A stretch of DNA of 59,907 nucleotides from the IMG/VR virus record IMGVR_UViG_3300033141_002124, positions 1-59,907 of that record; one strand, 5' to 3'. Shown piece by piece: positions 47,577 through 56,578 of the stretch. How positions within the stretch are numbered: the stretch's first letter is position 1; each line of letters opens with the position of its first letter. The notes beneath the pieces were generated by a model, which ran no database searches, had not been told where the DNA came from, and saw only the letters and a program-made list of their open reading frames with translations. The stretch is from a virus. Lineage: Duplodnaviria; Caudoviricetes. The position numbers were made by a program, and so were the translations under genes.

Positions 47577-48392
47577 TTATTTTAGTCCTTGAATTATTGA
47601 GTTACCGTATTTAATACCGTCATAACCCATTTTCATTGCTTTTTCGGCAACAGCTTTAGTTTTAATATTAATTGCATCAGTACTATGTTCTGAAGACAAT
47701 TTTTCAAAATTTATGTTTGGAAACCAAGATTTAGCCAATATATCCACAGGGTCTTGTCCGTCTTTATATGTAACACCTAAAGAATTGGTATCCATAAGAT
47801 TTTCAAAATCAATTTCATATTTATCGTAGCCTTCAACTGGTTTCAATGTAAAGAAATTCCCAACAACAGAATTCTCCTTAATTGGATTCTTTCTATATCC
47901 AACTATGGTCTTCTGATTTTTTGATGGACTCTCAGTTTGAAGTGCTGTGTTATCTTCTTCCAATGAATTTAGAAACTGGTTTTCATCATCTCCGTAAAAG
48001 TTTATAGTATCCTGTACCTGAACCTCTTCCAATCCCTGTGATTGTTCATACTCATAGATGTCCTGAATTTTATTTAAAACTCTACAAGCATCTTTATGGT
48101 TCATATTCATCATGATACATTTAATTGGAATCTCGTCAAGTAATGCACGAACCATTCTATGATGACCATCCAATACTTGCATGTCAGAGCTAATCCAAAT
48201 CGGATTCATGTCATCAACATCGACACCACCGACATCATCACTAAAAACAATTCCTTGTAATGGTGATAAATCATTTGGGTCAACTTCGACATTGGTATAA
48301 TTCACACCCTCATCATCAAGTTTTTGAAGCACGACATCATAAGGTGCATGCACTTGTGGTAAAAATTGTGGTTTATATCTCATGTCAATCAT
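47577..48392 (-). CDS. ParB/Srx-like domain plus possible ADP-ribosyltransferase-like C-terminal domain
   Basis: L.PLQ...PIWIS...VLDGHHR; C-terminal GNFFT...GYDGIKY. Confidence 0.65.
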   Translation of the reverse strand: MIDMRYKPQFLPQVHAPYDVVLQKLDDEGVNYTNVEVDPNDLSPLQGIVFSDDVGGVDVDDMNPIWISSDMQVLDGHHRMVRALLDEIPIKCIMMNMNHKDACRVLNKIQDIYEYEQSQGLEEVQVQDTINFYGDDENQFLNSLEEDNTALQTESPSKNQKTIVGYRKNPIKENSVVGNFFTLKPVEGYDKYEIDFENLMDTNSLGVTYKDGQDPVDILAKSWFPNINFEKLSSEHSTDAINIKTKAVAEKAMKMGYDGIKYGNSIIQGLK

Positions 48393-48404
48393 ATTGAAAT
48401 TTAT

Positions 48405-48414
48405 TATAAATACT
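48405..48414 (-). promoter_or_regulatory. Late-type motif AGTATTTATA
   Basis: 12 nt upstream of ATG 48392. Confidence 0.65.
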
Positions 48415-48415
48415 G

Positions 48416-49009
48416 TTATTTAAATTTTATGATTTCCTCTTGAATGATATTCAATAATTTATTTGTTGAATTGAAATTAACCACACCTTCACCGATAAGT
48501 GGACGAATACTACCCTTATCAACAAAATTCAATGTGTAGGTCACATCATCAGATAACTTGTTTTTGATTTTGGTGTACTCAGCAATCTTTTCAGCATTCC
48601 TATCCATGAAATCATCATACACAACAATCTCTTTCAAATCTTGATTATAATTCTCGATTCTCAATATAATATCACCTTTATCTTCACGACCTCTTTTCGT
48701 AATAAGGTCATCGACAGTAATTCCATTCAGTTTTAAAATATTTTCAAGTTCAGGACGCAGTTTCTCCATACGAGAAGTCAGAATAATCGTACTGGTATCA
48801 GGGTCAGCCATGTCTGTTTGAAGTTTTGCAAGAATGTTTGGGAATGGTTTGATTTCAAATACATCGGTGTCAAGACTTTCTCTGCGCCCCCACCATCCAA
48901 CGTGTGGATATGGTTGACCCATTTTCTCTTCCCATTGTACTTTTCCTGTTTCTGGTTCTGGGGAATCAATTAGTGTTCCATCAAAATCATATACTGCCAA
49001 TCTTTTCAT
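48416..49009 (-). CDS. HAD-superfamily phosphatase (Swiss-army-knife RNA-repair-like)
   Basis: YDFDGTL.DSP, GWW, LTSR, K, YDD motifs. Confidence 0.8.
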   Translation of the reverse strand: MKRLAVYDFDGTLIDSPEPETGKVQWEEKMGQPYPHVGWWGRRESLDTDVFEIKPFPNILAKLQTDMADPDTSTIILTSRMEKLRPELENILKLNGITVDDLITKRGREDKGDIILRIENYNQDLKEIVVYDDFMDRNAEKIAEYTKIKNKLSDDVTYTLNFVDKGSIRPLIGEGVVNFNSTNKLLNIIQEEIIKFK

Positions 49010-49010
49010 G

Positions 49011-49517
49011 CTATTTGTATATTGTTGTCATTATAAATTGTTCGATATCAGAGAATGGTACAATAACCACCATATCTCTTCGACCCATTCTTTTATATCT
49101 ATGATATGCTATTTCAGAAAGGTCATCTGGTTTAAGGAACACATAACCAGTTGGATTTACTATTTTGCTTTCAACAAACTCCTTTATTTTCACTCTATGA
49201 ATTAAATCAAATCGGTCTTCTCTTTCAAAGGCAATCGCATGCGCTTTTCCTTTTATCCAACCATCTTTACCATTAACTGCTTGAAATTCAATCCAAGTAA
49301 GTCCATCCTTATGACTTTCCTTATATCCTTTTACATCAACACGTGCAAACTTACCATGACCTTTACTCATCTTAACATCCCAATGTTCATGCCTGTCTTG
49401 ATAATTTGTTGGTCTTATACATCGGTATCCATCACGTGTCGCTAATTCTATGAAATAATCTTCGACCTTTAAACCATCAGCATACATTTGTTCTTGTAAT
49501 TCATGAATAGTTGCCAT
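49011..49517 (-). CDS. PD-(D/E)XK nuclease-like protein
   Basis: E..F...D..EHWD...VDVKG...WIEF..V.GK.GW. Confidence 0.7.
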   Translation of the reverse strand: MATIHELQEQMYADGLKVEDYFIELATRDGYRCIRPTNYQDRHEHWDVKMSKGHGKFARVDVKGYKESHKDGLTWIEFQAVNGKDGWIKGKAHAIAFEREDRFDLIHRVKIKEFVESKIVNPTGYVFLKPDDLSEIAYHRYKRMGRRDMVVIVPFSDIEQFIMTTIYK

Positions 49518-49520
49518 AAC

Positions 49521-52500
49521 TTATTCTTCACTTACTTTTCCAGTTAAATTCAATGGAAACCCAAGAGGCTTCCAGTCTTTCAGTTTATTTGACATAAATG
49601 GTTTACCACCATCGGCACGATTAACAGCAATTGTTATGTGTGGTTTTGGATTATTAGAATGATAACCTTCAACACCAACTGCCATAACCAGTTCGTCCAT
49701 CGCATAATCAATCACTCTCAACGAAATCTCAATGTTCTTCTCCATATCTTCCTGCGCATCACTACCGTTTTCAAGTGCACCCATCATTATTGTCATGTGA
49801 TGTGCAACAACTTCCCAACCTTCAGGTATCATCGGACTTAAAACCTTAAGTAAACTGGCTCTTGATTTATCATCAAGAACAACTGCGCTATAACTCACTC
49901 TTTTCACTTCTTCTTCTCCTAATAAATTTCTATCTGTTAATGCCCAATATAATTCTTTCCTTAATTTTTCATCAACACTGAAGTCTTCATAATTATTCTG
50001 AAGAAATTCCAGTACTGATTCATGTGATGCATCATGATATCCACTATCTTTCCCACCTTGATTATTCCATTTATCGTATTCCTTAACAAAAAAATCAATA
50101 GTTACTTGCTTTCCATTGACATTCCATGTCTTTGGTTGTATACCATCGTAATTAGGGTATCCTTCTTGAATTTCCTTATCTTTCTCTCTCACCAAAGATA
50201 GTAATTCTTCTCGGTCATTCCTAACATTATCACTATAAACTTTAATTAATAATGATTTCAACATATCACCAATTTCCCTACCTTGTAATCCCATACTCAT
50301 TAAAACGTTTCCATCAATAGCGAGTTCACCAAAATCTTTTGGATATTTTCCAGTCAACAATTCCTGTGCTGCTCTTTTTATTGGTTCAGGTAAAATCTCA
50401 CTGTTTAATGTATTTGGTAAAATCTTGAAGATGTTATGTGCAAGAGTTCTTGCTGTAACATTATCTATATTATCATCGGCTTGAAATGCTTGTTGAAATG
50501 CTTTTAATTCTTTATATGTATCAATATCACATTTCAGTTTCGATTTACAATATTCCGCAATGTCTTGAACAAGATGATGTGCTGTAAGCCAAAGAAATTC
50601 TCCCATTGTTTTAACAACATTCCATTCTTTACCCATATATAAACCACCATCACCGTTAAATATTTGTGGGGTAAGTCCTAAATCTTTAAGTAAATACGCT
50701 CCTTCAAACGCATTACCTTTCTTAACAATTTTATCAAACTCAATTAATATCCTTTCAGGTGGAATTTCTTTAATTCGACCTGCATTCTTTTTAATCATTT
50801 CTCTGGTCTCGTCATCAATCTTGAAACCAAAACGTGCAGCGAATTGAACAGCACGTAACATTCTCAAAGGGTCATCACTAAATGCTTCTGGATTAACGAT
50901 ACGAATAATTTTATTTTTAAGGTCTTCTTGACCACCAAAAGGGTCAATTATATTACCATCAATATCTTTAGCAATCGCATTAATCGTAAAATCCCTGCGT
51001 TCCAAATCTTTTTCAAGTGGAAGTTCGTGGTCTGATGACACATCAAATCCTTTATGACCACCTTCACCAGTCGCTTTTTCAGTTCTTGGAATCGCCACAT
51101 CAATTTCTTCTGATGCACCTTGTGGCTTAAATTTTAACACACCAAATTGTTTACCCACTGCGTCAACTTTTCCATATTTTGACATGAGTGTACCTAACTT
51201 ATCCATTGGAATGCCTGTCACAAGAATATCAAGGTCTTTACTTTCTTTACCTAAAAACTCATCACGTACAGCACCACCAACGCTAAATATCTTACCGCCA
51301 AGTTGTTCGACCTCTTCTTTAAAAGGTAAGTCTTGTAATGACATTATATTCTCATTCATATCGGGTACAAGACTACTAAAATATTCTGAGACTTCCAAAT
51401 CATCTTCATTCACAGAACCAAATTCCAAATTATTAATGTCGCCTTGATTACAAGCAACACTGGTATTACCCAAACCTGCAAGCTGACATTTCCTCTTTAC
51501 TTTAACGGTTTTTGAACCAGTACCAAAAGATTTGTCTCTTTCGATTAATGCGTTATCACCATTAATCTTATTATCATAATATGTATATAATCTTCTCGTT
51601 AATTTTTTCTTATTATCAGCATTCAAATTTCGAATAAATTCTCCATTAAATGGTTTATTATGCTCTATTGAATCTTGAAACAATTTTGAAATGAAAACAT
51701 TAAAGTCTGAATATTTTTCATATCTTTTTTTATTAGCATGTATATTTTTTAATCCTTCGAGATAATATGCATTATATTCTTCATCTCTATTATAATATGA
51801 ATCGTTTGATGATTTGTAGGTATCACTATATTTAGTATCATCCAGATAATGGACAAATTCGTGGACAAATGTATCTTCGTTCACCCAAGATGCAAATCTA
51901 ATTCGGGCAAAATGTATATCCGATTCGACATTTTGTTTTGGTGGTTCGTCACTAAATGATTGTCGCTTCTCTAATATAAAAAAACAAAGTGTTTTTGTTT
52001 TAGGGTCAAAAAATGCCCTATTATTTTTCATTAAAGGAAAAAATGCTATTTGTAAATCAATTATACTTATTTGGTTTATATTAAATCCGACACCACTAAA
52101 CATTCTTTCACCATTCGTAGTATTGAATTCAAGTTCAATACTTTCAAATTTAATGTTATTAATATTCTCTTTAATTTTCTTATATAAATTCTTCCCTAAA
52201 TTAGTGGTCTTTATATCAGAACCAAAATCTTCTCCTAACATATATTCGTCATCGGTTGCATCTCCTTTAACATGATTATATTCAAGGTCTTCATACATCG
52301 CAACATTAGCATCGAGGTCATTATTAATGCTTGGTGAAGTATCGTTGGTATTGTAAGGGGGAAAACCGTCTTGTCCAACATCACTATCTGTACTGAATTT
52401 AGCACTACCGTCTTCATCTACTTCGACACCCATTTTTTCAGCACCATGAGGTTGCATAAAAAAATCTGTAAATCCAACATCAAAGAATCCAATTACTCCA

Positions 52501-54812
52501 CTTGGTTTATATCCAAGATTTTCTGGATTATAAAAATCATAACTATCAATCCCATGTTCTCTGAGTTCTTCAACGATTCTTAAAATACTAAAAAAGAATT
52601 CTCCGTCTTGACTGTTCTTTTTAAAATAGTTATCAACTTTACTTTTATCAATTGCGTCATCATTATATTGATGACCATCCAAATATGAATCCAATGCTTC
52701 TTTATAATCGGTATCAAATATATTCTTGAAAACGTAATCAAGTCTGTCATACATTCGTTTAAAATTGGCTTCATCGGGAACGAGTTTTTCTAAAATAATC
52801 GCATATGTTTTCCATTCTCCCTCTGGTATGTTTTCTGGGGTTACCTCAAACACACGATAAACATCTGCAATATATTTAAGTTTTTTACCAACCAGTTTCA
52901 GATTCTCATAAGCCTCACTATTATCTTTTGTGATTTTCAATACTTTATTATCCCCAATATCGTATGCAACACCAATTGTACCATGTCCAAGATATTTAGG
53001 TTCTTGAATACCTAACTTAGTTGTAATTCTATTAGCAATTCTATCCGCTTTATCTCTTGGGTAATCTTCTTCGAGTTGTTCTTCAGTAATGTTTTCAGGT
53101 AATTGAATAACATCATCATCACCAATATTTGGTTCATCAACACCATAATAACCACCAGTGTCAAAGAATTTTAAAACACCGTCTTTATATCCAAGATTTC
53201 TTTTTTCAACATAGTCTTTTGATTTAATTCCATATCCCAATAATTCTTTGCGAATATTTAAAATACCAACAAGAAACTCATATGCTGCTTGCCTATCGGT
53301 TTGACTAACATTTGCTGCTGGATTATCAGTCAATACATGTTTTGCTATTTCAAGCATCTGATTATAATCAAATCTCTTAGGAATTCTTATTGAAGATAAA
53401 ATATCAGTATATCCCATTCCTGCTGGTTGAATTTTCTCTATATCATCATCAAATTTTCTGAATTTCTCAAGTGGTTTCTCATTAACATTTTCTTGCATAA
53501 TAACAAAAATAGATTTATTTGTAGCTGTATCAAGAACCTTATATAAATTAAAAATTGTTGCAATGTTTTGTGGTCTTACTCTCAATAATTTTGATGCAGC
53601 ATCAGCTTCACTAACATCCGTAGTTAATTTCATTACGAGATTATCATTTATTTGATAAGCAAAACCATTCGCACCACCACCAATATATTTTGGTTGTGTC
53701 AGACTTAATTTATTGGCAATCTCTCTCGCCAATTCATCAGCATAATTTCTATCAGTTAATGTATCGGGGTCAACAGCAGGTATATCTTCATTAATAACAT
53801 AGCTTTCACTTAATAATGGGTCTCTATTATAGAATCCTCGTCTAATAAGATATTCTTGTAACTTCAATAAGTTCCCGTAAAACTGTTCTTTATTATCTAC
53901 GTGATTCAGTGTTTCTCTTATGTTATTTACACATTCATGGAAACTATCAGCCAGTACAGAAATACCTTCCACTGATTTGTTAGGATATTTATCACGTTTC
54001 GAAACCAGATTAACGAAACCTTCATTAATAACTGCATTACTATTATCACCACCATCACTAACACTGTAAGGCATTTGTGCCCACATACCTGTTCTAATGT
54101 CTTGTCCACCACCAGCATCGCTTAATATGTCATCATTACCATCAGCATAATTGTAGAGTTCATACATCTGATATCTATTCCTCTTCTTTCTATCAGGACT
54201 ATAATGGGTATCATAAACTTCATCATTAAGACCGTAATCAGTTAAAACAATTGCTGGTTGTCCATCACGAAGAACCTCACCATAACTACTTGGTCTTCCC
54301 ATATCACCAGCATTTTGACCGTAATTGGCTATAAAATTACTTAAATCTTGTGCAAACTCGTTCTCGTAAAGAAACTCTTCTTCTTCACGAGTTATGTAGT
54401 TCTCTTCAAATCTTTTATTTTGTCCTTTACTTTGTACTTCATAATTTATTAAAAAATATCCCAATATATCGAGATTCGGAATTTCTGTTAATTCTTCAAT
54501 TCGTTTCTTTGTAACTTTTTTTGCCTTTTCCGCAATCAACCAAGTGTCATCATCTGCACTATCAAATACTTCAGTTACGATATGTTGAGTATCACGATAA
54601 TAACCAGCACCTGCTTCAGCACCATTCTGTGCAACGCCTTTGGCGTTCATTGCAAGTTTTAGTACCTTCTCACCATCAATATCATACACTCTTCTGCCAG
54701 TACCACTACCAATTCTTGGTAATCTTTCATCGGCATATCTCATCCTACCAGCATAGGAATTTATATTCAGAAATTCTGGTAAGAAATTTTGTTTAAATTC
54801 ATCATAAGTCAT
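49521..54812 (-). CDS. Multidomain polyprotein: 3 protein-kinase-like domains, zincin, CCA-adding/poly(A)-pol nucleotidyltransferase, 2H phosphoesterase
   Basis: Kinase motif sets IGSGTG/VLK/DYG, IGGGANG/VMK/NLG/DTG, LGHGTIG/VLK/NLG/DVG; HEFVH; VGGAVRD-DLD-RRDFTINA-DPLRMLRA; HHMT and PHIT. Confidence 0.88.
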   Translation of the reverse strand: MTYDEFKQNFLPEFLNINSYAGRMRYADERLPRIGSGTGRRVYDIDGEKVLKLAMNAKGVAQNGAEAGAGYYRDTQHIVTEVFDSADDDTWLIAEKAKKVTKKRIEELTEIPNLDILGYFLINYEVQSKGQNKRFEENYITREEEEFLYENEFAQDLSNFIANYGQNAGDMGRPSSYGEVLRDGQPAIVLTDYGLNDEVYDTHYSPDRKKRNRYQMYELYNYADGNDDILSDAGGGQDIRTGMWAQMPYSVSDGGDNSNAVINEGFVNLVSKRDKYPNKSVEGISVLADSFHECVNNIRETLNHVDNKEQFYGNLLKLQEYLIRRGFYNRDPLLSESYVINEDIPAVDPDTLTDRNYADELAREIANKLSLTQPKYIGGGANGFAYQINDNLVMKLTTDVSEADAASKLLRVRPQNIATIFNLYKVLDTATNKSIFVIMQENVNEKPLEKFRKFDDDIEKIQPAGMGYTDILSSIRIPKRFDYNQMLEIAKHVLTDNPAANVSQTDRQAAYEFLVGILNIRKELLGYGIKSKDYVEKRNLGYKDGVLKFFDTGGYYGVDEPNIGDDDVIQLPENITEEQLEEDYPRDKADRIANRITTKLGIQEPKYLGHGTIGVAYDIGDNKVLKITKDNSEAYENLKLVGKKLKYIADVYRVFEVTPENIPEGEWKTYAIILEKLVPDEANFKRMYDRLDYVFKNIFDTDYKEALDSYLDGHQYNDDAIDKSKVDNYFKKNSQDGEFFFSILRIVEELREHGIDSYDFYNPENLGYKPSGVIGFFDVGFTDFFMQPHGAEKMGVEVDEDGSAKFSTDSDVGQDGFPPYNTNDTSPSINNDLDANVAMYEDLEYNHVKGDATDDEYMLGEDFGSDIKTTNLGKNLYKKIKENINNIKFESIELEFNTTNGERMFSGVGFNINQISIIDLQIAFFPLMKNNRAFFDPKTKTLCFFILEKRQSFSDEPPKQNVESDIHFARIRFASWVNEDTFVHEFVHYLDDTKYSDTYKSSNDSYYNRDEEYNAYYLEGLKNIHANKKRYEKYSDFNVFISKLFQDSIEHNKPFNGEFIRNLNADNKKKLTRRLYTYYDNKINGDNALIERDKSFGTGSKTVKVKRKCQLAGLGNTSVACNQGDINNLEFGSVNEDDLEVSEYFSSLVPDMNENIMSLQDLPFKEEVEQLGGKIFSVGGAVRDEFLGKESKDLDILVTGIPMDKLGTLMSKYGKVDAVGKQFGVLKFKPQGASEEIDVAIPRTEKATGEGGHKGFDVSSDHELPLEKDLERRDFTINAIAKDIDGNIIDPFGGQEDLKNKIIRIVNPEAFSDDPLRMLRAVQFAARFGFKIDDETREMIKKNAGRIKEIPPERILIEFDKIVKKGNAFEGAYLLKDLGLTPQIFNGDGGLYMGKEWNVVKTMGEFLWLTAHHLVQDIAEYCKSKLKCDIDTYKELKAFQQAFQADDNIDNVTARTLAHNIFKILPNTLNSEILPEPIKRAAQELLTGKYPKDFGELAIDGNVLMSMGLQGREIGDMLKSLLIKVYSDNVRNDREELLSLVREKDKEIQEGYPNYDGIQPKTWNVNGKQVTIDFFVKEYDKWNNQGGKDSGYHDASHESVLEFLQNNYEDFSVDEKLRKELYWALTDRNLLGEEEVKRVSYSAVVLDDKSRASLLKVLSPMIPEGWEVVAHHMTIMMGALENGSDAQEDMEKNIEISLRVIDYAMDELVMAVGVEGYHSNNPKPHITIAVNRADGGKPFMSNKLKDWKPLGFPLNLTGKVSEE

Positions 54813-54831
54813 ATTACGAATATATTATATT

Positions 54832-54840
54832 CATAAATAC
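54832..54840 (-). promoter_or_regulatory. Late-type motif variant GTATTTATG
   Basis: 19 nt upstream of polyprotein ATG, after a hairpin at about 54856-54881. Confidence 0.55.
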
Positions 54841-54871
54841 AGAATTAATAGGAAAAAAAGCGGAATGATTA

Positions 54872-55585
54872 TTACGCTTTTACTTTGCTTTTATCTCGGA
54901 TTTCTTTAATTGTTTCAATAACCACAGATTTGATTAAATCTTTGTTCTCATTTAAAACTTCTTGAATTCTTTCAATGGCATACATTTCAATTATCGTACC
55001 CTTGATAGCTTCTTCAAAGACAGTACCAAGATTTTCATCAAGATAACCATGAACAACATTTTTCACATTTTCAACCAATGCTACTTCATTTATTTGCATT
55101 GTTGCACCAGCAGGTGCTGCAACAGTAGGTGAGCCAGCAGGTGCTGAAGTCAAATATTGTGTTCCGTTATAATTTACAGCAGGTGGGGTTTCTCCAGCAG
55201 GAGCATTACCTTGAAAATTACTAATACTTTCAGCAAGAGTTTGTTTTCTTTTCTTTTCAAGGTCAGCAAATAACTGTTCATCTCTTTCAGGTGATGGTGC
55301 TGCAACTGTGGGGGTTGCAACTGCCGTAGGTGCAGTTTCGTTAACAGTATGCACTTTGACACCACCATGTTTCTCAGCAACTTTATTTTCAACGACTTTA
55401 ATTAGTGTGCTTGCAGGATTCTCTTGTCCTGATTTAAGTGAGGCTTGTAAACCATGAAGGAAAACATCTCGTGGTGCTACACCTGTGCCAACAGATTCAC
55501 CTAATTGTGAAGGGATGATATTTCGATTTTGTTTCTCCTTATGGATTTCATCCTTCAATTTATTTAAGTCAAGTTTCTTTGCCAT
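54872..55585 (-). CDS. Putative virion head/core protein
   Basis: LGES, VNET, LAES, INE motifs with Ala/Pro linkers; late motif upstream. Confidence 0.6.
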   Translation of the reverse strand: MAKKLDLNKLKDEIHKEKQNRNIIPSQLGESVGTGVAPRDVFLHGLQASLKSGQENPASTLIKVVENKVAEKHGGVKVHTVNETAPTAVATPTVAAPSPERDEQLFADLEKKRKQTLAESISNFQGNAPAGETPPAVNYNGTQYLTSAPAGSPTVAAPAGATMQINEVALVENVKNVVHGYLDENLGTVFEEAIKGTIIEMYAIERIQEVLNENKDLIKSVVIETIKEIRDKSKVKA

Positions 55586-55608
55586 TATTATAATTTTTTA
55601 TATTTTTT

Positions 55609-55618
55609 TATAAATACT
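55609..55618 (-). promoter_or_regulatory. Late-type motif AGTATTTATA
   Basis: Upstream of ATG 55585. Confidence 0.65.
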
Positions 55619-55621
55619 CTG

Positions 55622-56578
55622 TTATTTGAAAAAAGTCATCTTTTTATGTGGAATTGATGGAGCATTTGTTTCTTTTATTTCTGGTTCTGGTTGATTTGCA
55701 GCGTCTTGTGCCTTCATTCTTAAATCTCTCTGTGTTTTATTTTTCGCATCATTGAAGAATTTATCATCAGCAGGTGCATTTTTTTTAACCAGACTATCGT
55801 ATAAATACGGTAATGACCCAACAATTGCATTATCGGGTATATTTTGTTTATCCTTATCTTTTGCCAACATTAATTGAAAGTTATTCTTGTCATCAATAAC
55901 AACCAGATAATTTCCATGAGCAGTTTTTTGTACTCGACTTGCAACATCTCGTAATTTAACGACATCATCAGCAGTAATTTGTTTACTATTCTTATTACCT
56001 CTTCTAATACTATCCCATTTTTCTTTGTCTCGGTCTGCTCTTGAAACCTTGTCAATTTCTTGGTCTTTATCGTATTTCATGTCGAAATCAGGTTCTGTTT
56101 TCGTTGAAACATATGCCTTAACACTTGTCATATCGTCATCATCACCTTCATGATAACCGGGCGGTATCATCGGAAGACCGTTTTTATCATTAAATTTTTT
56201 ACCAGTTGGATATATTTTTGAAATCTTGTCTACGTTGAACATTCTCCAACCCGGTTTCGCACCCTCACGGTCACTCCAATAGTCATGACCCATACTATCT
56301 GGACGGGTTGCTCTATTACTGAAATGCCAACTATTTTTTGCATTGTCTTGCCATGCTCTGAGAACTATATGTCCAGCAGCATTTGTGCCAAGCACATATG
56401 GTCTCACCGTGCGATAACCAGTTGCATTTTTACCTTCTTCATTATCACCATCGTAATAAAGATAAATCCACTCATGATTGTTAATCGCATCAACAATACC
56501 ACTTTCGCCAACGCCTTCAGTAAGAAGATGACGAAAATTTTTTATGTTTTCGAATAATATTTTTAGTTCGCTTTTCAT
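55622..56578 (-). CDS. WYL-domain protein
   Basis: I..AI....IYLYY...R.VRPY.LG...LRAW...GWRMFNVDKI. Confidence 0.75.
   Translation of the reverse strand: MKSELKILFENIKNFRHLLTEGVGESGIVDAINNHEWIYLYYDGDNEEGKNATGYRTVRPYVLGTNAAGHIVLRAWQDNAKNSWHFSNRATRPDSMGHDYWSDREGAKPGWRMFNVDKISKIYPTGKKFNDKNGLPMIPPGYHEGDDDDMTSVKAYVSTKTEPDFDMKYDKDQEIDKVSRADRDKEKWDSIRRGNKNSKQITADDVVKLRDVASRVQKTAHGNYLVVIDDKNNFQLMLAKDKDKQNIPDNAIVGSLPYLYDSLVKKNAPADDKFFNDAKNKTQRDLRMKAQDAANQPEPEIKETNAPSIPHKKMTFFK

Noticed and set aside
49521-54812. Intein-mediated or mis-assembled fusion
   Set aside because: No C/S...HN intein termini or LAGLIDADG motifs; continuous ORF with consistent linker motifs. Read-level confirmation is still advisable
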